The position numbers were made by a program, and so were the translations under genes. Under the pieces are notes generated by a model. That model made no database searches and had not been told where the DNA came from. It saw only the letters and a list, made by a program, of their open reading frames with translations. Below, in pieces: positions 25,172 through 32,000 of a stretch of 32,000 nucleotides of DNA. Source of the stretch: Acaryochloris thomasi RCC1774 (lineage in GTDB: Bacteria > Cyanobacteriota > Cyanobacteriia > Thermosynechococcales > Thermosynechococcaceae); NCBI RefSeq assembly GCF_003231495.1, contig NZ_PQWO01000001.1, forward strand, positions 480,001 to 512,000, in the 5' to 3' direction. How positions within the stretch are numbered: the stretch's first letter is position 1; the number at the start of each line of letters is the position of its first letter.

Positions 25172-25888
25172 ATGCACATTCTGCTTGTCGATGATGAAGT
25201 AGAGCTGACGAAACCCCTCAGCCGCCTCCTGAAGCGGGAGGGCTATAGCGTTGAGATTGCCGATAATGGTGAGACGGCCCTAAAGCTGATCCAAGACCAT
25301 GAACAGCAGGGCAGCCCTTACCAGCTACTCATTCTCGACTGGATGCTACCTCACCAGAGTGGTTTAGAGATTTGCCAGCAGTTGCGATCGCAAGCCATTA
25401 CAACCCCAGTCCTGTTCTTGACTGCAAAAGATACCCTAGACGATCGCGTCCAGGGTCTTGATGCGGGGGCTGATGACTATCTCGTCAAACCCTTTGAGCT
25501 ACGGGAACTCCTCGCTAGAGTGAGGGCACTGATCCGGCGCACCGAACAGCTAGCAAAATCCATTGAGGAAGACTCAACAACTCAGCGGATTGAGAGCGAA
25601 GGCTTAGAGCTAGATTTAGAGAGTCAGGTTGCCTATCGAGGGGGACTTGCGATCGCACTTTCAGATAAAGAAAGCCGGTTGCTGGCCTATCTAATGGAGC
25701 ATCCCCAGCAGCTTTTGACCCATGAAGAGATCTACCAACAGCTCTGGCCTGCAGGAGAGACCCCCAACAGCAACGTCTTAGCCGCGCAAATCAGATTGCT
25801 GCGTCGCAAACTTGGAAGCCCTAAAGCCTCAGCCCTGATCCACACCATCTATGGCAAAGGATATTGGTTTAGCGCCGCAGCCCCCTAA
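25172..25888 (+). CDS. OmpR-family two-component response regulator (238 aa)
   Basis: Receiver residues are intact: LLVDDE, LLILDWMLP, LFLTAK, YLVKPF. The C-terminal winged-helix ends in ...IHTIYGKGYWF. No histidine kinase is adjacent. Confidence 0.92.
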   Translation: MHILLVDDEVELTKPLSRLLKREGYSVEIADNGETALKLIQDHEQQGSPYQLLILDWMLPHQSGLEICQQLRSQAITTPVLFLTAKDTLDDRVQGLDAGADDYLVKPFELRELLARVRALIRRTEQLAKSIEEDSTTQRIESEGLELDLESQVAYRGGLAIALSDKESRLLAYLMEHPQQLLTHEEIYQQLWPAGETPNSNVLAAQIRLLRRKLGSPKASALIHTIYGKGYWFSAAAP

Positions 25889-26001
25889 CGGATTAATAGC
25901 AACGATCATCGGCGAAAGCAAAAGCGGCAACAGAACCGAGTGCTGTTTATACTGAGCATCTCGTGCAGTGCTGGAGTCGTTAATATCTTAGTGATACAGC
26001 C

Positions 26002-26406
26002 TTATGAAGAGATAGACCGCCTCTTTCGGGGAGTATTTTTCTCTGCACCATTAAACCCTGCCGCTCCTTTACCCCGTGAAGGATACTTTCCTGTAACCGC
26101 CAAATAGCCAGAGGGCAGCCCCCAGACTAAAAAGCCCATCACTGCTCGAGTAAAATTTTGAGTTTGAAAACTATCAAACACATAAATAACGTAGGCGCTC
26201 AAAATCAATCCGCCAATAAGACGCAGAGTAACAGGATGACTTTTTGGGAAAAGACAAGCAACGGTGATAATCACATAAACCGCGGCCATTCCATAAAAAA
26301 CCAAGGCTCCTGACGGTAAGCCACTGGGGTCAAGGGCTGTCAGAAAAAACATCAAGGCACAAACTAAGGATACGGCTGCGATTACAATGCGTGACCCGAG
26401 ACTCAT
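26002..26406 (-). CDS. Hypothetical integral membrane protein (134 aa)
   Basis: Four hydrophobic segments. I prefer the ATG at 26406 over the TTG at 26463. No family recognised. Confidence 0.5.
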   Translation of the reverse strand: MSLGSRIVIAAVSLVCALMFFLTALDPSGLPSGALVFYGMAAVYVIITVACLFPKSHPVTLRLIGGLILSAYVIYVFDSFQTQNFTRAVMGFLVWGLPSGYLAVTGKYPSRGKGAAGFNGAEKNTPRKRRSISS

Positions 26407-26813
26407 TACTCCCACTCCACCAATGATGAACCTTCTAGTGCTGCTCTGAAGCCTTCTAAACAAGTGTGCCCATCAATATGGACAAAAGCTCAGAGTCCTA
26501 ATGGAGCTCCCAACCCTAACTCATTTTTTCTTTTAGTAAATAAAATCTGAATATTCTGCGTAAAAGCTAGAGTCTCTAGCGATAATTAGGTCAGGGGTAC
26601 ACTGCGACAGATGGATCTGCTGTGTCATCGGCAGATCCAGACATTTTGGAGAATGAACAATGTGGGAATCTTTTGTGACTCAGTTGTTCAGCTTTTGGGT
26701 TATTTGCTGCGCCTTTGGCTGCTATTTTTCCTTAGAAGTGCAGCAGGGCGATCGCTAAATCTTTCGACAAGCGATCAGCTTTCCCGAGATGCAGAACAGC
26801 TAAATTAAGACGA

Positions 26814-27275
26814 TTATAGGTTCGTGGATATATCCAGTTCTCGAAAACCGGTGTCTGGATCGACTTGTCGCCGGAATCTGACTTCGGGCATCAAGGCAAT
26901 CACTAACTCTAACGTTGTATAAACAAGACAGCCTTCAACAAGATGACCGCCTTTGCACTCGCCCTGTTGATTGGCAACCATCATATGTAAATGTACGCCG
27001 TCTACTCCTATCGTTCCTGATAGAGTCAAGACTTCGTGCTTACCGGGCAATTTTGTAGGCGTCTTGGCGTCAGCAAAACGCAAGTAGACGTGGGATAAAC
27101 TGCCAACGGCACTCAATACGGTACCGGCACTGATTTTTTCTTGCTTTGCGATTTCAAGCAGCTCACGGCGAACATCTGCCCCAGGAGCAAGCCGCAACGC
27201 AACAGTTTCCAGAGAGGCTTGATTTCTTGCAAGGCAACTCACTCTCGGCGAATGTATCATTCTCTGCCTCATCAA
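26814..27275 (-). CDS. PPC (DUF296) domain protein
   Basis: The core LRLAPGADVRRELLEIAKQEKISAGTVLSAVGSLSHVYLRFA...VLTLSGTI...HLHMMV...GGHL is typical of the PPC/DUF296 fold. The start is uncertain among three Met codons at 27260-27275. Confidence 0.78.
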   Translation of the reverse strand: MMRQRMIHSPRVSCLARNQASLETVALRLAPGADVRRELLEIAKQEKISAGTVLSAVGSLSHVYLRFADAKTPTKLPGKHEVLTLSGTIGVDGVHLHMMVANQQGECKGGHLVEGCLVYTTLELVIALMPEVRFRRQVDPDTGFRELDISTNL

Positions 27276-27680
27276 TAGGGCTTATCTGTGTGCAAGCATT
27301 TACGGCCTAAGGGTTGGTGACTACGAACAGAGCCGTTCAACAATCATTCTAGTCCTCTTGATCCTTGACAGAAAGAAAGGCCGCTTCCTCGGTCAGTCGT
27401 CGTACTACTATCTACTCTTTTTTTGAAATTTAGGCAGAGTTTCTCGCGTCACTCAGTTGCCAAAAACCTACTTTACAGATTTAATATTCTACGACAAGTC
27501 GTCGAACACTAAATACTTCATGATTCTCTTATGGAGAGGGGCTTATAGCCAGACAGAATTTCATTTTCTAGTCGCTTTCTTGATCTAAGTATTTAAGATT
27601 TAAGATTGTTTTTCGTTTGACGGTCAGTCATACAAAGCCGAGGAGAGAAGTCTTTCACTTATCATGACTTCATCGGTTTA

Positions 27681-29168
27681 GTGGTTCATTCTTTGAGACA
27701 AAATAACATTCGACTCAGCAGGTTCTTTCTAACATTAGTGAGTGGTGGTTTAATTACCCTAGTGTTTCCCAAATTGAGTTGGGCTGAAACACCGTCCTTT
27801 CCTCAGCCTCGCTCAACTTCACCAGAGCCGACGCTAACTTCTACAGCTGAGACGGTTACCTCAACAAGTCCTAACTCAGCCTCGCAGAATGTGCAGGATT
27901 TACAGCCAGCCAATCTAGAAGTGCGTTCGGTGGAGAATATCGCCGATGCTGCTCACCTCTTCGGCTCTGCTCCTCAAGCAATCAATCCTCAGATTCATGC
28001 TGAAGAAATCAATGCGATAGAGACTCCGGCAATATCTCCAGAGGTTAGCTTCTCGCCCCTAACAATGTCAGGGACGGAGCATCCCTTCAGTGACGCTTCA
28101 TCAGAACGCCGACTTTCTGAAGTGTTGGCCGCAGGGTTCCAAAACGCAACCCTGCTAGCGGATGCCCCTAACGATCCGGAAGGAGACGAAGCCGGAACTC
28201 GCAGCAACAAATGGGATCCAGGCCGTCCTGACAGTCACGCTCCTATCGGGGTGATGGGCGACCATACCCACAGCAAAAGCGAAGTTATGCTGTCCTATCG
28301 CTATATGCGGATGGGGATGAGCGGGAATCTAGACGGCAGGAATAATCTCACTCCCGAGGAAGTTTTGGCCGACTTTCAGATCACTCCGCTCCGGATGACC
28401 ACTGAGATGCATATGTTCGGGGCCATGTATGCGCCAACGGATGAGCTGACGCTGATGGTGATGGCTCCCTACGTGATCAAAAGCATGGATCACCTCACGC
28501 GGATGGGCACGAACTTTACTACTAACTCTGAAGGGTTTGGTGATATTCGTTTGTCGGGGCTATACAAAGTCTTTGATCGCAGTAATCAACGAATACATTT
28601 CAACGCTGGCATTAGCTTCCCGACTGGCTCCATTAGTGAGAAAGATGCAACGCCTGCTGGCCCAAATCAGGTCTTGCCCTACCCGATGCAGACCGGGTCT
28701 GGCACGTTTAATTTGATGCCTGGTATCACTTATCTCGGTCAAGCTGGCAGTTGGTCTTGGGGTGGTCAGGGAATGGGCACGATTCGTCTGGGCCGCAATG
28801 TCCAAGAGTACCGACTCGGGAACCAGCTTAGCTTGACCGCTTGGGGTGCCCGCAAATGGTCAAAGTCTATCAGTACATCATTACGGCTGAAGGGACGAAT
28901 CTTAGGCAATAACGTCGGCGAAGATCCCCGTTTAGCGCCGGGGAACCTATTAGAGCCACCGCTGATTCCTACTATTGATCCAGAGTTGCGGGGTGGTTCT
29001 CGGGTTGATCTGAGTGTGGGACTCAATTTTCTTGCTCAAAAGGGATTTCTCAAGGGGCATCGCTTTGCTCTGGAAGCAGGACTGCCTATCTTCCAGTCTC
29101 TCTCTGGGCCTCAGCTTGAGAATGATTTTACGATTACGGTGGGCTGGCAAAAGGCTTTTAAGCCCTAG
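27681..29168 (+). CDS. Outer-membrane beta-barrel 'transporter' (MetA-pathway/phenol-degradation-like family) with long N-terminal extension
   Basis: Signal peptide ...LVFPKLSWA. The family signature HAPIGVMGDHTHSKSEVMLSYRYMRMGMSGN and alternating beta-strand patterns run to a C-terminal aromatic-rich end. GTG start at 27681. Confidence 0.75.
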   Translation: MVHSLRQNNIRLSRFFLTLVSGGLITLVFPKLSWAETPSFPQPRSTSPEPTLTSTAETVTSTSPNSASQNVQDLQPANLEVRSVENIADAAHLFGSAPQAINPQIHAEEINAIETPAISPEVSFSPLTMSGTEHPFSDASSERRLSEVLAAGFQNATLLADAPNDPEGDEAGTRSNKWDPGRPDSHAPIGVMGDHTHSKSEVMLSYRYMRMGMSGNLDGRNNLTPEEVLADFQITPLRMTTEMHMFGAMYAPTDELTLMVMAPYVIKSMDHLTRMGTNFTTNSEGFGDIRLSGLYKVFDRSNQRIHFNAGISFPTGSISEKDATPAGPNQVLPYPMQTGSGTFNLMPGITYLGQAGSWSWGGQGMGTIRLGRNVQEYRLGNQLSLTAWGARKWSKSISTSLRLKGRILGNNVGEDPRLAPGNLLEPPLIPTIDPELRGGSRVDLSVGLNFLAQKGFLKGHRFALEAGLPIFQSLSGPQLENDFTITVGWQKAFKP

Positions 29169-29185
29169 ACATGGGAAGCCTTTGT

Positions 29186-29839
29186 CTAGCCGTTGCCCGA
29201 CAGGTGGTTGTCATCCTTGATCAGGGGCTTCATCTCAGTCCAGATCTGTTCGAGGGCATCGGTCATGGCGTGGTCAGTTTCAAGGGGGATGAGTCTGGTT
29301 CCAGATCGCTGAACGGCATATTTCTCACTTGCGGTGATTGGAATCGTGGTGTCTTGGGTTCCATGCAGAATCAGGGTGGGGACAGGGCGCTGTAGCTCGT
29401 CATCTCGATAGGTTGAGAGGTCTTCAAAAAATCGGTAGCTCAGCGGCAAGGCTTGCTGAGCGCTGTGATGATAGACCGCTAAGGTTCCCTGCTCCTGCCA
29501 CTGCTGCCGCTGAGCTTCGCCCAGAATCGGGAGCCAGTGATTGAGAAAGCCGAAGGCGGGAGCCAATAGAATAAGCTGCTGCACAGCAGGCTGTCGCTGA
29601 GCCACCCATGCTGCCGTTAGTCCGCCAAAGCTAGAGCCGATGATTGTCCAGGGGGTTGCTGTATCCAAAATCTGATGAACTTGCTGGATCTGGCGGGAAA
29701 GGGTCAGGTGTAAAAAATCATCCTGATTTAGGTCAGGGATCTGAAGGCTGAAGCCGAGGGATTGGATGCGATCACAAAGATATTGCGCTTTCTGAGACTG
29801 CGGCCCCGAAGCAAAGCCGTGCAAGTACAGATAATTCAT
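29186..29839 (-). CDS. YqiA/YcfP-like alpha/beta-fold esterase (217 aa)
   Basis: The ATG at 29839 gives MNYLYLHGFASGPQSQKA... The nucleophile elbow is GSSFGG. The longer track ORF reaching 29983 overlaps the divergent neighbour. Confidence 0.8.
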   Translation of the reverse strand: MNYLYLHGFASGPQSQKAQYLCDRIQSLGFSLQIPDLNQDDFLHLTLSRQIQQVHQILDTATPWTIIGSSFGGLTAAWVAQRQPAVQQLILLAPAFGFLNHWLPILGEAQRQQWQEQGTLAVYHHSAQQALPLSYRFFEDLSTYRDDELQRPVPTLILHGTQDTTIPITASEKYAVQRSGTRLIPLETDHAMTDALEQIWTEMKPLIKDDNHLSGNG

Positions 29840-29921
29840 GGGAACAGCCCAGAAAGGGTCAGTAAAGTCATATTGGCCTTTGAGATTGCTATCTTTAAGA
29901 AGCAAATGTGTTGGTGTTGCA

Positions 29922-30833
29922 ATGGAGTGGACTGATCTAAAGCAACTTGATAACCTTATTTTGGGAACCAAAGCTCTAGGCACACAGATCGAAGAAATTG
30001 GTGTTTCAGGTGAGGGAAGATCACTCTATGGAGTGACAGTAGGCGATAAACCTGCTACCCGTACAATCGTTATCATTGCAGGCTGTCATGCTGATGAGAT
30101 TATTGGCCCACTTGCTGCTGTATCTATGATTCAAGACCTGGTACGACAGCCTCTTCTAGGTGTGAAATTTAAGATCGTACCAGTTGTTGATCCAGATTTT
30201 CTACATCGAAACGCAGAAGCATTACCAGTAACCCCTACTTTGCACGATTTGCTCAGCGTGAATCAAAACCGTGATCTAGAAGGGCACTTTACTGACAAAA
30301 CTTACCCTGAATGCGTCGCTATTCGTCAGTGGATTCAACGATCTGCTCAGATTGACGCTTACTTTTCCTTGCACTCAGCAGGTTTAATTTCGCCAGGACT
30401 GTTTTTCTACGTGGGCAGTGGTACTGAGACGCGCTGTGTTGGTCATGTAGCAGATTGCGTTGCTGCTGCGACGCCCGACTACATTCCACTCTTGACTCAT
30501 GATCCGACCGGAGAAACTCAAACAGTTTTGTCTCCAGGATTTCTAGAAGTGGCTATTCCTAATGTCGAAGAGCTAGATCCAGAAAAGCCTAGCAATTCTC
30601 TTGCCTTCATCGCGCATCACTTTCAGCCTCAGTTCATTGGAGTCTCGGAGATACCCTTGGCCGTCTGTCCTGCGCTAAGTAACGTTTCACTATCTGAAAT
30701 TGATCAATGCAATCGTCGATTCAGTCGGACAGGCCATATCGACCATGCATTTCAAGAAATTAGCTTGGATACCCAATTGTTCATCATAAAAACTTTTATT
30801 GAATCTGTTGCTCAGTATATCGTTACCGCATAA
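29922..30833 (+). CDS. M14-family zinc carboxypeptidase-like protein (303 aa)
   Basis: The HxxE zinc motif occurs in AGCHADEIIG and the third ligand His in FSLHSAG. I prefer the ATG at 29922 (MEWTDLKQL). Confidence 0.72.
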   Translation: MEWTDLKQLDNLILGTKALGTQIEEIGVSGEGRSLYGVTVGDKPATRTIVIIAGCHADEIIGPLAAVSMIQDLVRQPLLGVKFKIVPVVDPDFLHRNAEALPVTPTLHDLLSVNQNRDLEGHFTDKTYPECVAIRQWIQRSAQIDAYFSLHSAGLISPGLFFYVGSGTETRCVGHVADCVAAATPDYIPLLTHDPTGETQTVLSPGFLEVAIPNVEELDPEKPSNSLAFIAHHFQPQFIGVSEIPLAVCPALSNVSLSEIDQCNRRFSRTGHIDHAFQEISLDTQLFIIKTFIESVAQYIVTA

Positions 30834-30960
30834 GCTCACGAATGGTCAGTCAATGTCATCTCTCTTGCTCGGGCGGAGGGCAGGGCTAGATCAGCTTCGG
30901 TCAATAGAAGCGTGTATAGAGTAGCTATTGCCCATGTCCCACGCCCCATTCTCTCCCTGT

Positions 30961-31797
30961 ATGAAAATTGGCATTGTTGGTTTAGGTCTCATCGGTGGTT
31001 CCCTCGGACTTGATTTCCGTGCTCTAGGCCACCAGGTTTTAGGCGTCAGCCGGAAGCCTCAGACCTGTGAGCTGGCGCTGCAGCGGGGAGCGGTCGATCA
31101 AGCTAGCGACGATCTGTCGCTGTTGTCAACAGCAGACGTTGTTTTTATTTGTACACCGTTGGGATCGATGCGAAACGTTGTTGAGCGGCTTATTCCCTAT
31201 TTATACACCGATGCTATTGTTACCGATGTTGGGTCGGTGAAAGCCTCTGTCGTCGATGCTCTTCATCCCCTATGGCCTCGTTTTTTAGGAGGCCATCCCA
31301 TGTCTGGGACTGAGGCGGCAGGCATTGAAGCCGCGCAGTCAAACTTATTTCAGGGTAATTCCTATGTGCTGACACCCGTTGATGAAACACCAGCAGAGAT
31401 TATCCCCATTGTTGAACCCCTTGTCCAAAGCCTCGGGGGAACGGTGTATAAATGTGCCCCCGCAGAACATGATCGCGCGGTGGCCTGGATTTCTCATTTA
31501 CCTGCGATCGCAAGCACAACCCTGATCGCAGCCTGCCTCCAAGAGACTGACTCAGACGTGTTCAAACTCGCTCAAGATCTCGCCAGCTCGGGCTTCCGCG
31601 ACACCAGCCGAGTCGGAGGCGGCAACCCCGAACTCACCCGCATGATGGCCGAACACAACCCGGATGCACTGCTGCAATCCTTAAGAGCCTATCGCCAGAC
31701 CCTAGACCAGTTGACCCAGCTCATTGAGCAAGGCGACTGGGACACGCTAGAAGCCCAGTGCATCCAAACACAAAAGATTCGCCCTCAATTCATGTAG
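30961..31797 (+). CDS. tyrA: Arogenate/prephenate dehydrogenase (278 aa)
   Basis: The ATG at 30961 gives the Rossmann start MKIGIVGLGLIGGSLG. It has the GGHPMSGTE motif, and the length matches cyanobacterial TyrA. Confidence 0.9.
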   Translation: MKIGIVGLGLIGGSLGLDFRALGHQVLGVSRKPQTCELALQRGAVDQASDDLSLLSTADVVFICTPLGSMRNVVERLIPYLYTDAIVTDVGSVKASVVDALHPLWPRFLGGHPMSGTEAAGIEAAQSNLFQGNSYVLTPVDETPAEIIPIVEPLVQSLGGTVYKCAPAEHDRAVAWISHLPAIASTTLIAACLQETDSDVFKLAQDLASSGFRDTSRVGGGNPELTRMMAEHNPDALLQSLRAYRQTLDQLTQLIEQGDWDTLEAQCIQTQKIRPQFM

Positions 31798-32000
31798 CCG
31801 TCGCGGTTAGAGCATCATGCTGACATCCCAAGGAGCCGAAGCGCTCCCAGCTAAAGGATTCCAGCAAAGGATCTGTCGTTTGCGTTAGAACCAATTCAGC
31901 AATCAGCGCAGCAGTAATTGGAGTGAGTAAAATGCCGTTGCGATAATGTCCGGTTGCAAGCACTAAATTCTCATAGGGACTCGCCCCTAGAATCGGCAGC
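31790..32000 (-). CDS. C-terminal end of an FAD-dependent oxidoreductase (glycine oxidase ThiO-like), partial at window edge
   Basis: My own reverse-strand translation reads ...LPILGASPYENLVLATGHYRNGILLTPITAALIAELVLTQ...QHDALTATAT* with the stop at 31790-31792. ATGHYRNGILL is typical of DAO/ThiO family C-termini. It overlaps the tyrA end by 8 nt in convergent orientation. Confidence 0.55.
   Translation of the reverse strand, partial: LPILGASPYENLVLATGHYRNGILLTPITAALIAELVLTQTTDPLLESFSWERFGSLGCQHDALTATAT

Noticed and set aside
26611-26808. The 65-aa plus-strand ORF, and an alternative 27-aa hydrophobic ORF (VTQLFSFWVICCAFGCYFSLEVQQGDR) in the same spacer, considered as small photosynthesis-type membrane peptides.
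   Set aside because: Neither matches any small thylakoid subunit sequence I can recall (PsbX/Y/M/N, PetG/L/N, PsaM). Neither has a convincing SD, so the support is insufficient.
27681-28230. The Ser/Thr/Pro-rich N-terminal extension of about 180 aa on the outer-membrane barrel protein, considered as a possible distinct domain or fusion.
   Set aside because: It is low-complexity sequence with no recognisable fold or repeat, and such linkers are common in cyanobacterial OM proteins. I noted it in the feature call but it is not a strong enough observation for a finding.
1-32000. Search for CRISPR arrays, tRNA/rRNA genes and tandem repeat arrays.
   Set aside because: I saw no regularly spaced direct repeats, no tRNA-like T-arm (GGTTCGAATCC-type) and no rRNA signatures in any spacer. 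The only tandem feature is a trivial TTTAAGA duplication near 27592-27605.

Overview
This window looks like chromosomal DNA from a cyanobacterium. I found at least 17 perfect HIP1 octamers (GCGATCGC) by eye, and the gene content fits: PetF-like ferredoxin, arogenate dehydrogenase, a DUF1350 hydrolase and a Pilin_GH-type protein. It is mostly ordinary housekeeping and accessory genes at roughly 50-57% GC, with about 35 supportable CDSs. Four regions stand out. (1) At 16510-20635 a strongly AT-rich segment of about 3.7 kb sits exactly at the 3' end of thrS. It is bracketed by two diverged direct copies of the last ~210 nt of thrS, about 85% identical, with differences almost all at wobble positions. 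It carries an HTH-NACHT STAND NTPase followed closely by a MntA/HepT (nucleotidyltransferase/HEPN) toxin-antitoxin pair. I see no recombinase. This is my best candidate for an undescribed defence-type module and integration site. (2) At 2445-4176 a ykkC-type (guanidine-I-like) riboswitch, with its own promoter and terminator expression platform, controls a sodium:solute symporter. (3) At 11133-14752 a Cache-HAMP class III cyclase lacks one metal-binding Asp and the transition-state Arg. It sits next to an MscS channel whose cNMP-binding domain has a degenerate phosphate-binding cassette. (4) At 5110-5885 a pilin-like protein lacks a prepilin leader and lies beside an IS630 transposase remnant. 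I found no rRNA, tRNA or CRISPR array. All calls come from reading the sequence and recalling family motifs. No database search was run.
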